Assembly (NCBI RefSeq): GCF_009834535.1
Contig: NC_045696.1
Coordinates: forward strand, 106,270,001 to 106,334,000
DNA: 64,000 nt
From: Camelus ferus
Lineage: Eukaryota
Direction of reading: 5' to 3'
Below the pieces are notes generated by a model that worked only from the letters and a program-made list of their open reading frames with translations, did not search any database and was not told where the DNA came from. Positions 35,893 to 50,900 of the stretch are shown here, piece after piece. The first letter of the stretch is position 1. Each line of letters starts with the position of its first letter. A program made the translations under genes and the position numbers.

Positions 35893-38800
35893 CCCAGACT
35901 AAAATGAGAGGAGTGAGAAGGCTGAACTCAGAATAGGAGGCGGTGGGTAATCTCCAGATTTTCAAACCAGATGGGAAGAGACGAAAACAGAGTTGAAAAG
36001 AACAGTGCAATGGAGAAGACAACTATTGACTATTAAGACCAGAGAACCACGCTTCAGCCACAGGACAGGAGGAATGGTCTTTAATACAAAACAAACAAAC
36101 AAACAATCCATAATGATTTGCAGGTTCCAAAGTGGCTGAAGAAAACTTACATAGTGGAATTATTCCTCACCCTGGACCAACCCTAATCTCCTCCTTACTT
36201 TTATGCATCTCACCTTGTCTTCATTGTCACTTCTAGCCCCCAAACACCTCCCTTTCTCACCGCCTACCTATCTATTCAACCCTCATATTTTTCTCTCTGA
36301 CCTGGATGCCTTGCTCAGATGCTCCATATAGTCAAATCCTGTCCACTGTCCTCCCCTCACTCAGTCCTGCTTCAGATCCCAAACTGCTGATATTACAGTA
36401 GAAAAACCACCCAGCCTGGCTGCCTGGTCTCTCAGGGATGCAACCTCACCTCAGTGGGACCCTCACTGCAGGACCACCAGCCTTGCACTCACCTGCAGGA
36501 GACTCCCAGATTCCTCAGGATGTTTACCTCCTACTCCGAATCCCTCCTTCCTCCCTCATACCCTCAGTCCCTCTGTGATCACCTCATTTTTGCAGGGACA
36601 TTGCTTTCTTTCTGGGACATAAGCTGCCTCAACTTCCCTCCTCTCATTAACACATCTGCACTTTTCTTCACTCTGGTTATGTAGAAGGTGGGTACGTCCA
36701 GCTCAAAGCCCTTCCATCTTGATCCAGAAACTACTTCCCCACATGTCTTTCTCGTATCTTTACTCTGCCCCACCCCACTGGATCCTTCTCCTTGGCCTGC
36801 CCCACCTCCCACTCTTACAACGAAACTCCTATGTCATAAGACCTAAGTGTCCCAACTTTAACCTCTTTACATTACAACCCTCTCACCCCTTCCCTTCCTT
36901 AAATGGACATGTGTCCCAAAGCTCTCTTTATCCTCACTCTACATTCACGACAATGTTATGACTTCAAAAATCAGCTCGATATGGGTAATTCTCTTTCTTG
37001 ATGTCTAGCTTCATATTTCCAACTGTTGCTAAACACAAAGGCTCCACAATGTTTGATCTAACTCATGATGTCCTACTATCTTCTCTCCCGAAACCTGCTT
37101 CTTCTCTTTGACTGTCTCTCTCTGCTAATGGTGTTACTCTCCCAGCCACCCAGGTACTACATCTGTTAATTTTGACTCCACCTCTTCCTGAATCAAGTGA
37201 TTCTGCGCTATACGTTATATTCATTCCATCACTATTCTCACTCCAATAAAATAGTTAGGACCTTATTACTATTTCTTTGGGATTAGAGTGTTTTCCAAGT
37301 TATCTAATCTTTTGTGCTATAGCAACTGTCAAAAGGCTGGTTGGCTGGCAGGTTACTTCAGTCAAGCACTAGCCACTGTTCTTGAAAAAGACAAGGCCAA
37401 ATCAGGATCACCTTCAGCATGGAAAGAAAACTAAAACTTGGGACAAAGTCTCAGGTATTTGACAGCTAGATGCAGAAGCCTGAAAACTCCTTCCAAGTGG
37501 CTTGGGAAATAATTTTCACTTGAGAATGAGAAGGGATAATCTGGGAGAAACAGTTGCCTGTGCTGACTGTAACTGTATTATCAGAGAATAAAGTGGTGGG
37601 GCTGGGGTAGGGACAGGGACACATGATTACTTTCTAAGAACTGGGAAATACTATTACACTGGCTTCAGGAGCTTAAGAAACCTGGGCACAGGAAAGACTT
37701 GAAAGAGGCTTCTGGACAATATTCACTAGCCACATCCAACCAAAGATGTAACTCAGCCAAGGGATAGGACAGGTGCAGCAAACATGTAGGCACATAGATT
37801 TGCTCTATGCTCCTGAGCAGGTCTCTTGACCTCTCTGGGCCTTCAGTAAAATGAGGGGGCAGAGCAATGATTATTCTACCTCCAATTCACTGCAATCTGG
37901 TAAATAAAAATTGTGTTAGTCTGTATGGGCAAAACTACCATGTTGTTCAGAAGTGACATGGGAAGCAAGGTTGGTTTGAAGAGACTGGAGATGGTGTAGA
38001 ACCAGTTAGACAAGAGGTCAAAAGCAGGGAGGAAGGGAAAATAGGACATAGCTCCTATCTACATGCCCACATTTACTTACTCAGAATATACCTGCGCGCC
38101 CACTGAGTGCTAGGCATGGTTTTAAAACTTGAAGACACAATGTTGACGAGGGACTGAGAGCCCTTGCTCCCACCAAACGTACAGTGTTGACTAAGGAAGT
38201 GCAATGCACTGTTTAATGAGTGCTCTGGCACCTGAACCTATGTTAGCAAGAGAACTTATTATGAATGACAGGGGCAATGGGGCTTAAAGCAAACAGAGTG
38301 AAATCAGTACAATGGGTAAGTAGGAAACACATCCATTCTCAGAATGGGAGTTTTACTATCAGTTGGGAAATGGCCATTAAATGACCTTACCAGAGAACAT
38401 TCCGGCTCAGGCCAGAGGACACCAGAGAACTGCGTTAGTGGCTAATCACTGCAACATTAAAGTGGAGCCTTCAGCTTTCTTTCAAGTTTTCCGGGGGTTG
38501 TGGTAGCTGAAATGCTGGGGATGGAGGACAGCTGTAAGGTGGCTGGGAAACCTGTCTCCTAATTTAGGATACAAAACAGTAGAATATCTGGAAGTATATT
38601 CTCTGCAGGCACAAGGTGATCTTCTTAAAGTCATAGCCTATCAAAATGTCTGCAGTAAGAGGCCCTGATTTGTAACCAAATTTGATACGGAGGGACTTCA
38701 GTAACCCTGCTAGGGTTCCAGAAAGCACACTGCTTGGGTGTCTGGTCCACCTTCTCCATCAAGGTATCAGTCTGGGAGCAAGTGGGTGAAAATGATGCAA

Positions 38801-39254
38801 AATCAGAATGTGAATCTAGGATTCCAATCCAAAAGACTGAGGCTATGTGAATGAGCAACATGATTAAACCATAGTTTTGTAAAAAGAGTATAGTGAATAC
38901 ACTGACCAGATGAGGATAAAAACGGGATTACAAAGCAGAGAAAGGTTTGGAATCAAATCCAGAGAGATTTCAGGTCAGCTGGGAAGCAGGTGGCAGTGGT
39001 CACTGCCATAGCCCTCTGACCCACATGAAGGTCAAACAGAGCACTAGATAGCTTCTCAGATCCGGGGTCAGAAAGTCAAGCACAATAAAACACGTTCTCC
39101 ATGGAGCCTTTCACCAACCCCAGTGCTGTGCTGGAAAGCCTTGATAATCATGGACAGCCAAGTCCTAACCCCTGCAAAGGATCTTTGGGCCTTTCTAGGG
39201 CATAAAAGCAATGTCAAGTGGAGGCTGAAGTTGTTCTGCCCTGTGGTTCTTGTC

Positions 39255-39302
39255 GAGAGAAAGAGAGAGAGAGAGGAGAGAGAAAGAAGAAGAGAGAGAG
39301 AG
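39255..39302. repeat. Imperfect (GA)n purine tract
   Basis: Directly visible. Confidence 0.9.
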
Positions 39303-42300
39303 TGCCCTCTATTACATAGACACTGTGCCTGGCCAGGATGAACACTAGTGGTGGACGGAATCCTCAGAGTGGAGAAGCCATCTCTCTTTCTCTACTCTTC
39401 TAGAGGATTAGGCTGTATATTTAACTATAGAATTAAATCACATTAAAAAATGCTGAACCCTAAACTGACCACGTTTTAGGTCAGTGGACTAGGTATTTTG
39501 TACCTCCTGCTGGTGTCTTCATGACTACGTGCTTTTGCTAAGCTTTTTGTCTCTGACACTGTAGCTCTTGTACAGGAAGATGAAGATCTACTGGAACTGG
39601 ATTTGAGGCCCCTGCCTTGGGACAGGAGATCCCGATGGCCTGTGGGAGAGAAGGGCAGTCAGCCTAGAGGGTCATGGGGAAGATGCAGAGCCCAGATAAT
39701 CCTAAGGCAGTGGTTCATGGCACATATGGGAGTGTTAACAAGATACAAATGGCTTATAAGGGAATTTCCTAGCCCTCCATGAGTTCTAGTGGACCCAGAA
39801 CTTAGTTGTGGCCAAGTCATACACCATCTTTTCCTCAGAAAACTGAAGAACTAGAAGGGTCAGGGAGTTTAAAAAAACAAGGCACAGCTATTCTGCCAGC
39901 ATGACCCAGGATGAAGCAGTTTCCAGGCACTACAAACTTCAGAGTGGACTCCGAACTGTGATGGAAACATATCAAGCAGAAGATGTGGAAACTGAAATGA
40001 AGCAGATTCTTACTCATATCACCAAACTTCTCAGACAATTCAAAGTCGGTGGGTTCAGAGTCAAGGGAGTTGGACTTTCTTTATGTAGAATTATCTATGC
40101 TAATGTGCACAATGACCAGGCAAATACAACTTGATTTCAAATGGGCTTCTGTGAAAGGTTTCTAGAAAGAGGTCCAACAGAAGATAACAAGATAGAACTG
40201 TCTAGAAAGAGTGAAGACTTGGAATTAAACTTTGTAAGTCAGGAGAGGCAGCCATCTTAGATTGAAGATGATAAGGTACCAAATCCAGAAAGTCTACTTA
40301 AAGCACCACAGACTAAGCAGCCAAGCAGAGTGTAGCACAAGGAGGTCAGGAAGAAAGAGCAGGTCTGGCAAGGAAAAAGGGTCCATGAGAAAGCCTGAAC
40401 CTGTCAGATGTAAATGGCAACACTTCGTCTCAGAAGTGTCAATGTTGATGAGTCCTGGAGCACACACTCGAGTCTTTCCTACTAGGGGCCACTTACTTAA
40501 GGACCAGCTCCTCATTTAACTTATCTTTTTTTTAAAAGTTGAGCCCTATGAGCACAAGATCAGATCAGATAACAGTGCAGCTGACTGGTTTGGGAAACGA
40601 GGTAGAGGCTGGGAGAAAGGAGAAGGGTTAAGAGACAACAAGGTAAACATTAGAGTGAGATAAGCACGTACAACCAGCTTATCTGGTGGACTGAGTAGCA
40701 CTGGTAGGGGACTAGGGAGGAATCTATTCCTAAAAATGGAAAACCAAACTTTTCCTGGGTTTTATGAAGTGACCATACTGATTTTGCCACAGAATACTTA
40801 ACTAAAGGAGATGACGCCACATACATCATGAATATGCTTGAGCACTTAATACTGATAATCCCTGAGTACATCCTCATGCCATTTCTCCATTATTAAAACA
40901 AAGCAAAACAAGCAAAGAAAAACCCCAGCAGTACATGGCCTTCCATGGATCAAGCAAGGGTGGCTGCAGCGCTCGCTCCTTAACAGGCTCGGTGGAGAAA
41001 CCATTCTCTCACTGCATTCTTCTGGCATGGCATTAATGGCAGCACACGACTCTCTGAAAGAACTAAGTGCATTTACGGCTGTTAATTTTTAGCTGGATAA
41101 TGTTAAAATCTGTAGAGGTCTTAGAAATAAACTTATCCAACTTCTTTGGTTGATCAATAAGATCTCAAAATTCAGGAAGATTAAGTCACTGGCCCAGGTT
41201 CTCTAGGCAAACTGGGACAGAACTGGGACTTCACTGGGTTTTCTTATTTCCAGCGTGAGGTCCTTTCTACTCGCTGTGCTTAAAGAAGAGATTTTTGCTT
41301 AGCCTTAGTAATTAAGTTGAGACCTGACTTTGCAAATTAGAGAAGAGAACTTTAAAAGCTGTCAGTGCTCTGGGAAGTACAGATTATATACAGACGCCCT
41401 AGGCCAATAAAGATCAGTATATGACGTATGAGGCAAAAGAGGTCATCACTAATAAACTGGATGGACAAGTGAAAAAGAAAAGGTACAACTCACAGGGCCT
41501 CCAAGAGAGACAGTGACAAATCAGTCATTCAGTTAGGGCTGGAAGCATAAATGCCAAAGGTCAGAGAGGACGCAAGTCAATGGCGAAAATGTAAGTTAAG
41601 AGAACACTGTGAAGAAACCGCGAGAGTCCCACTGACTTTTAAATTCAAAAAATTCCCTTATAATCTGATCTCCAGTCTAGAATCAGGATCTAGCTCCAGC
41701 AGATACCAACTAAACAGAACTAGTATCCTACTGTTCTCAGGCTTCAAGCCCCGTCTGCTCTGGATGAGCACTGCAGGTTTTCCCAGCCACAGCCTAGTCT
41801 ATGTAGTATCTTTGCTGCTGCTCCAATATTAAGATTACCTGACATTTTCCTCTAGCAAAAATATTTAAAAAATAAAGGGTAGTTTTTACCAAAGCCTCTT
41901 TTTTTTTTTTCCTTAAAGATATATAGCTTCTCTTAGGACAGATCACTGATCAAAACGTTATATTCTGGAGTCTCAGTAAACATTTTACAAAGCATTTCTT
42001 CCATTCTCTCAGTCTTCCATTGCTCTACACTCCCACATTCCTACCAAATTTCTCTAACTCCACAATCTTGGGAGGCAAGGGGTTTGGGGAAATTACACGT
42101 CCTTTCAGCCAGAAAACTGAAAAACAAAGCATCCTAAGAGTTGACCTACAGGGCCTACTTTTGGTCCTTTCTCTTGAAGGCACGGAACTGAAATTAACAT
42201 CTAATAACCTGTCCTGCAGGTCTAAGCCTGGGAGCAGAATCACTTCACTTTAGGAGTGCAGAATGAAGAGGAGGGGGTTCTAATGGTGGGTGCATTTTTA

Positions 42301-44553
42301 AGCTTCCATATTTAATTCTTGCTCTTTATAAAGCCTCTTTAAGTGGTATTTTGTAATTTCTACCTCAAGACCTTTTAATCTTCTTAATAGCTGGGTAACT
42401 TCACTTATGTTAAATGTTTAGAAGAAACACTCAAAGTTTTAAACTTTTCTACACTTTAAGGAAAAGTAGGAGAACTCTTTTGGCCTGACTTCTCCTAAAA
42501 CCAAAATATAAAGACATTGTGTGAGAAATACTTACAATGTCTAAAAATAGATCAACACTTCCTCTAACAAAACAGTATTTCTCTACACATAAGAGTTCAA
42601 TTTTTGAAGTTCAATCATTAGCTTAGTGGCAGAATAGAACCTGTTTAAACAGATGCTGAATTACACTTTTTTATTTTAGCACATAAATAAAACAGTTATA
42701 AATAACTATTCAAACAACAAACCAAAAACTTCCCCTCCATCTCTTACTGCTTTCCAGGGATCTGAATGATGCCCTGCCCCAAGAACTGTACAACACAATG
42801 GCCCCTGCTCAGCCCCGACTCCTCTACACATGGTCGTGCATGCAACGGTCTTAACTATCCAACAGGCTGGCTGGCTGAATTCTAATGTCCAGACATAACA
42901 CAATTTACTCAATAAATACAAGCACAGTATCTGCTATATACCAGGTACCAATTCTATGGGGCTTACATTCTAGTTATGAACATTATAGCTAAAAGACCCA
43001 AGGATTTCAAAATGCTGCCTCAAGTTTAAATCTATCCCATAAGGAAGCTGTCTATAAAATAAAATTCTGAAACAGTACTGTATGACATCATTAACTCTGG
43101 ATGTTTCCTTTCTAGGACAGTAATTTACAGTGTAGTCACATCTAGACAGTGGCCTTAGAAAAACATTTCTAATCGATACAGAAGGAAAACAAATATGGCC
43201 AGTTTTCATTTTGTGGGTCAAAATTTCTGAAACAACTTATCTTAATATCCTGGAAGGAAAAGGTGAGAATGCTTGTTGTAAACTTTAAAGTAGACGGACT
43301 CTTCCAGACTCACTCATAATAGGCTTCAATTACAGCCTTATTTTAGTCATATCTGGGTGTACTGATCACAGCAAAACCGACTTTCAATGCAGATAAGACT
43401 TTCTACACACACACGAGGCCCTGGGATTACTGCATAGCGATTTAGTGTCTCATTCCTTAGCTACTTTAAACTGTAAGCTCCCAAAGGGTACACACACCAG
43501 TCTTCTGCTTCATCCCTGGGCACACAGGAGGAGGTATATTATAAGTGACAGATGAATAAATGGACATAATTAATGCAGCTCATCATCCACTTGGTACCAA
43601 AAACTACGAGAGAAAAAGACACATTTGCTGAATCTGATGCTTTTAACCACCTAATACAAACTATTAAGTTCTCTGAATTCTTAGCATTTTCTTTTTCAAC
43701 TATTTCAGACTACAACATATCCTCCTGTGAAACTTCTTGCCATTCCACATCATGATTTGGCTCTAGTAATGGCATTTAACTTTATACGAGTAAAGTAATA
43801 AAACAGTTAACAGCATAGGTTTTGGAGTCAGAGAGACTGGGACATGATGTAGGGGCTGTCACTTATTAGCTGGGTGGTTTTGCCAAAAACTGCTTGTTTT
43901 CTGATCTGCAGCAGCTAGCTATCTTCCAAGGCTGTGTACAGTTTAAGGGAGATAACGTGCTAATGCTTATTATTAGCACAGTGCCCACACATAGTAAGTG
44001 CTCAATAAATGGTAGTTTTGTTAAATTAGGTTTCCCAAACAGACTCCCTCTTGATGTAAATATTTGAATTATAAGATTTTTACATGCCCCCACACCACCT
44101 AACAGTGCTTTGTAGAGCAGAGACTGAGGAGATATTTGCTTAATAAGGGAAAGCAAATATCTTCCTTTGTCTTAATTTTTAATTAGATCTTAATTTTTCT
44201 CGTTGGCATGGTGAAAAATCTTTATTCAGGCCATTCTGCTAATTAATACATAGAATCTAATAATGTTTCCAAACATAACCAAAAGCCATAGTTATTATCC
44301 AATTTGTCCGGGGTCTGTGACATGCCAAATCATTCAAATAAGGGGACCAACATGTAGGAAAAGAATCCAGCGACGATGTCGTATCACACTTGATAATGCC
44401 TCTCTTTCAGGAACTCAGACAACTGACCTCCCTCTCCCCGGCTTCGGTAGGGCCCCACTTCTTCCTATAGCCTAGTACAAAGAGGCAAATGGGAAATGCA
44501 GCTTCTCACCAAACTCATTTATGGTCATTTTTGTTTAGCTATGCAGCTTAGCA

Positions 44554-44918
44554 CAGGGTGAGCAAACTTTTTCTGCAAAGGGCCAGATGGTAAATATTTT
44601 AGGCTTTGTGGGCCATATGACTGTGCAAACAACTACTCAACCTGCCACTGTAGTGCAAAACAGCCATAGGCAGCGTATAGCAAATCAACATGGCTGTATT
44701 CTAAGAAAACTTTATAGACTTTTTGTCAATCATAGTCCATGGACACAAATTTGAATTTGATTTACTTTTCACATGTCAGGAAATATTATTCTATTATTCT
44801 TCTTACAGTTCTCCCCCTCCCCCAACCATTTAAAAATGCAAAAACCATTTTAGCTCACAGGCTACAGAATTATTATATAGGCAGTGAGTACCCAGAGGAT
44901 ATAGTTTGCTGACTCCTG
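44554..44918. mobile_element. MER58B-like hAT MITE
   Basis: TIRs CAGGGTGAGCAAACT and AGTTTGCTGACTCCTG; AAAGGGCCAGATGGTAAATATTTTAGGCTTTGTGGGCC; similar 8-bp flanks GCTTAGCA and TGCTAGCA. Confidence 0.8.
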
Positions 44919-47900
44919 TGCTAGCATTTTAATCATAGGAAAGAGCATAGCAATGATCCTGGTTCTTTATTACAAACTCAATCTTCTCAATGCCTACTAT
45001 TCCACAAACATTATATCACCCCGAACATTTCATTCCTACCCAGATAGAATATTCTTGAAAATCCAACTAAGTCACTAATTTTAGCTCTACAGATCTAATA
45101 CAGACCATATTTTAGCCCATTTCCTGGTTTATAAGACATCTGTCTTGATTATTAAACAACTAACAAAACAACCAATATGTACTTCCTATTTTAAAAAAAC
45201 AACAAGAATTGTAATTCAATGATGTAAGCAACTACGATATCGCAGTGTAACACTCAATTTTATCTCTCCCTTTAATCAAATTCTGAAACAAAAATTCATT
45301 ACTTGATTTTATAAATACCTCTATTCTGTATATAGCATTATCACTCCCAGGTTTGCTTCTTTCAGTAAGCTGAAGGCCAAGGGTCTCAATACTGTGGGCA
45401 AGTGGCAAAACCTGGTCCTGTCATGGTGAACTCTTTAAAAATACTTACCATCATGAATCAATGCTGCAGAGTTCATTTAAAATTCTTTGGTAGATTAGCT
45501 TTCAGACGACAACTAACAATTTAACCACAGATTAAGTCAAGGAATTCTGAATGAATTTGTTGTTATTTGGTAGCAGAACCAAGTCCTGAAGGGTGCTACT
45601 TCTGTGGTACCATCGAAAACCTTCAAAAAATATTCCAGGCAATTGTTTCAACACGTAGGCTAAGGCTTAGAAATAATTCTTCGCATCTGCCTGATATCAT
45701 GGCAGAGACAAACACAGAATTTTGACAGTGTACCTTTTAAATAACCATTTAGAATTATTGAACTTTGCAAAATATTTAAATATATAACTTCATGGTACAA
45801 TTACACCATTACACAGAAGACCAACTAGTAATAAAATCATGCTATAATAAATGATAAAAATGTTCAAAGTGAGGTATTTATCAAGTTTCTGAGAGAGCAG
45901 AAAGACATTAAGAAAAACTGACCTAAATTTACAAATACATTTTAAAATCGTATAACTTCAAAAATATAGGAAATTTACGTTTGTCCAAAATTTGAACACA
46001 TGTATTTGGGATACAATTTCATATGAATGATGACTCTGGAGAAATGACATCTGTGGTAACCACTGACAGTAATATTAGATAACCAAAGTTAGACAGAATT
46101 TGGCCTCCTCGCTTTTCTCAAGACAACTACTACCTATGATTTTAACCAACATATTGACTTATATTGTAAGTTCTAATTAACTCTAAGAAAAGCAAAATTA
46201 TATTTTGTGCCTCAGAGGGCATGCTACAACAACAAAAAGTTTTGAAAATGAGTATTTTAAATACATTTTAAAGTATAATTATGAGAGTAAGAAGACATCT
46301 TGTCACTAAATATAGATAAACTAAAGAAAGAGCCTATGCTTCTGAAATATAAGTATTCTTTTGACTAGAATGAATAACTAATAGTCTTGGAAATTTATAG
46401 CATAAGATCACTGCCTTCACTCTAAACCTCTTTTATTTATACCCCAACATTGTTTGGCTTTTCTCCTAATGCACTTAAAAATATATATCTATTTTGAATC
46501 TTCCAATGAAGCCTTTTAAGATATTCTAATAAATGCTTCCATTTATTGAGCACCTACAGGCACCATGATAAATATTTTAAATACATTATCTCATCCTCAC
46601 AATGTCCCTGAAAATATAACTTTCTTTGCCAGGAAAAAGAGGGTAGAAGAAAAATTCTCATTCTTCTTTCAAATTTTTTTTCTGCCTATACCACTCAAAA
46701 AAAATTGTTCAGTAAAAAAAAAATTGTTCAATTTAAAAAGAAAAAACATCCTACCCTTGGCTACCTTCTTCACATATGTTATGTAAAAACCACTGTGACT
46801 AGATGGCATTTTTCCCCCAATGGAACAAAAAGTTAAGATTTAATGCTTTAAATTCTTGAAGATATAAAATAAAAGGCACTTAGAAAACATTAAAAATGAC
46901 AAAAATATTAAATTAGTAATTTCCAAATTGATTCAAAGATAGCTCCACTGATACTACTATGTTCATTTTAACTGGTTTCAAATAATTCTTTGAGCCCCTC
47001 GCAAATTCTTACTGGCTATTCCTTTTTTCTGACGTACTGAGGTTTTATTATAAATGCTGAGTATTAAGGCTGTGTCTTTATTGCTCTTTATCTCATCTTA
47101 CTATTTACCTCTTCCCTCCACCCTCTTGACAATGTTCATACAATGTAGGCAGTACAGTCTATGTAGAACTGAATTAAATTACTGGCCTTTATTAATTATG
47201 ATTTTCATAAAAATCTGAGATTCATTAGTTGGGAATATAATATTTTATACAGGTATATATCACTTTACAGAATAGTTGATTCCGGAGACTTGGGCTAATT
47301 TCTATAAACCAAATCATACTTTTATCCTCAGGGGAAAAAAACTGGTCCAGATTCACACTGGTGAATCCTATACATTTTTAAAAATCACACATTTAGAAAG
47401 GAAAAAAATGAAGAAATAATTTCAAAGTTAAACAAGTACCATACCACAAAATATGTTCTCTTTGTTCTATATCAGTGAGTAGAAGACACGTCCTTGGGAC
47501 TGTCTGCCTCTTGAAAATGGGAAACTTCCTGCATTTTCTCTGTGCTAAGTATAGTGAAACTTCTTGCCTATATGATCAGATACATAGAGTTCCTCTATTT
47601 TAAATCTCCTCTCTTCACATACCTGCAGAATTGCTAATAAAGTTATGAAAGTTCTTAATGCAGAGAGGTCCATATGTAACATGATTAACGGTGCTTAACA
47701 ACACAATTTTGTGATATGATTCATTTATCCATTTGTCCATGCATTTTTTTCATTCACCCATTCATTCTTCAAATATTTATTAAATGCCAACTATGCATCC
47801 AATAGTACTGTAGATGCTGGGAATACAGTGAGGAACAAAACATTAAAAAAATCCCTGCCCTCATGGAGCTTACATTCTAGTTCTTCAAAAGGGATATCCA

Positions 47901-50900
47901 GCTAAAACATAAGTACTCGAAGTCCAAGAGGAAAGCTTTTTGAAAGGCTCCATTAGTCAGGTATCTCAAAGGAGCGAAGACTACAATAAGTACTACACTT
48001 AACATTTGTAATGTGTTTTATTTTTTAACATCCTGTTCAATTTATTAATTTCCTTACATTTTAACTTATATTTAATACTTCTAATTTTCCTCCATTTACA
48101 TTTTCTAACTATTTCTAATAAATTCTACAAGTGCCTTGAAGATAGTAAAAGAAAGACAATCTTTTTAAATTTCCAACCTAACTGATGATCAACAGGTGGC
48201 AAGAAAGTGATGGTCTCTATAAAAGCAACTCTTTGCTATAAAACAATCGGCTGCACAACTACAGGGTTGTTTGCCACTGCTGCCCCTGCACGACTTAACC
48301 GGCTGACTGGGGTTTTGACTGGGATGCCACTACTTGAAATAATTTGTTGGTTATCTTAACTTCTTTCTTTTTTACTGTCCCATTAACTGAATGTATGCTT
48401 CCTAGTCAGCTTTAATATCCTGGTAAAGGCTATCATCAGAAACTAGGCTGTCCCTATGGCAGAGATGACAGCTAGTTTTTAACCTGGCATTGCCATCACT
48501 TCAGTTACTGCTAATGTGCTCCAGACCCTTCTTTCATTGAGCTCTCAATTCCTACCTCTGCCCTTGCTTTCCCTAACCAAAATCCTTGAATTATTCTAAG
48601 TTTAATATGGCCAGGCCACATCTGTTGTCAAGCTGAGTGGTCCTTCATCTTTTCTTGGGCTTCTTCTCCCTCTTCATGTCACAGCCAATGGTAATGTTTT
48701 CCACTCACCGCAGGGCTCTTTCTACCCTCTTTCACTGACAGGACACCACAGGAAATCAGGTAATTTGTAGGTCACAGAGTGTTATGTCACAAAGTGATAA
48801 AGGATGCCAAGCTAGGAATTAGGATACCAACTTTATCTGCACAAAAGGATACAGAAAGATCCAGGTATATTAAAGGAAATGTCACTCTGTGTATGATTTC
48901 TGCATTTTCATTTCTATATTTATCTCTCTGTATTCATGTAACAATATTTATTGAGTGCTTATTAGGTTCCAGGGACCGTTATATAGTTGGTTTCTTTTAA
49001 TGGGAACACATCAACACTGCCTCAAAGCAGGAGTGATAAATCTCTGACCTACAGGTCATATTCAGTTTTCAGCTTAATTTTGTGTGGCCCAGAGAGAAGG
49101 TATCAAGAAATGAAATCACAGCAGACCTTCAGACGTCTTTAGAAGCAACAGGATAGACAGACACATAATTCTAGGAGGAGAAAAGGCCTGTTTCTTTCTC
49201 CTTCACTGCTGTGTATACCCCTCACTGTCTCCATCTCTTTGCTTTAGTTTTCTCTTCTTTATCCTGCCTCATTTCCTTAACTGGTCAGAATAGGGCAATG
49301 GGATATATGTTATTTCCTGCATTTATTGAATTACATTCCCATTTTCAATTTAAAAGGCAGGCCATCTGAACATTTCATATTTTTATCCTGAAACAAACAA
49401 AAAGCCTTTTTGTTGCTTCTGTTTGGTGGGGGCTTGGGTAGAGGGGGTGGGAGTTGGGTGGAAATAGGTCTATAGTCCTTGAAATATCTGATCAGAGATT
49501 CTCCACTCATTAACTCAGTAAACTGAAATTCCATCTCAGCAAGTATAAAAACTGCATTAAAAAATAAAACAATAATAACATTGTACTTCAAGAATCTAAA
49601 CCAGAAAAAAAAAGAAAGAAAGAAATACAATCAAAGTTCATAAGGCATAAGTGTAAAAGGTAAATAAATATTTCATGGAGAAAGTAAATAAAAATCTACC
49701 CAAATAATTATTTCAACAAAAAAATAGAATGGAAATAAATGCATTCAAAGGAAGAGTTATCATTTATCATCATTTATACACTGAAAATAAGAATTCTCCA
49801 CTCCTAAGAATCATTTTCATGCAAATTTTATCACAAAATTACTTTATATTTTCCATTTTACAATTTCTCTCTTCAGTAGTTGCTATGAACTGTAAATTAT
49901 TCACTTAATTTCCCAGAAATTAAATATCTTCCTAAAAACCCTATATAATCCCCATTACATAAGAATATCACAGTATCTTTTCTTCAGCACACACAAAAAA
50001 ACTATAAATTATAACTTATTCTTTATTTGTTATACTTCTACAGAAATTATCAGGATTTAGCCTTATCAGGAAATTATACATATTATAAATACAAGTTTTA
50101 ATAGACTACTTGATCATCAGACTGTTACGCTGCAAGTATTTCTAGAACACGATATCACAAATTAAAGTCATTAATTCCAAAACAATAGTTTATTAACAAA
50201 AAATTACAAAGAAGTACAAATGGACATCCTATTTCCCCCCATTATGGTCCACCTATCTATCTCCCTTTCAGTCCATGGCAAGCCTTCTTGAGCTAAAAGA
50301 ATGGGTAAAATACTTCTCTTTCCAATGGGCCCTAATAACCATCCCCAAACAAATTATTACGTATTTAAGTTATACAGTCCATGTCAAGTTTTTAAAAATG
50401 TTTTATCTACATGAGTTGCCATAAAAGCCTCTTCCCTTGCAATACACCATGTACCTGAACTGAATGGGACATCAACGTCAGCATCTATAACTCATGTTCA
50501 GACATTGGGAATATCATAGCACTAGTACGTGTGCCTTGAAGTAACAGTTTACAAATGAAAGCTCAATGGTGTCAAAAAAGATTTCCATAGATATTCACTA
50601 AAACAATTCAAGTCAAAAACATCTTGTTAACTGAACTAAATTGAGGTACGTGGAAAACATTCAGCGTAGTTGTGTTTTCTGCACTGATTTTAAAACAAAG
50701 CTACTTACATACCTAATCTTACTGCTATCAATTTCAATTTTCTTCTAGAATGGTTCCATTTATTTCAATAAACCTGCAGTTAATTCCATACTTCTCTCTC
50801 TACAAGCCCAAAGTACTTCTCCAAATCATATTAAAATTCTAATACTTTGTGCTTTCTCTCACAGGGCTCCTTAAAATACCAATATAGGATGGGGAGATTT

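Noticed and set aside
42536..42640. Possible 105-nt cassette exon in the long ARMC8 intron (donor GTAAGTAT)
   Set aside because: Weak pyrimidine tract and an early in-frame stop; such site pairs are common by chance in 17 kb.
28658..45476. Exact 16-mer ATGCTGCAGAGTTCAT at 28658-28673 and 45461-45476
   Set aside because: One such match is near chance expectation in 64 kb, and both sites look like old mariner-type remnants.
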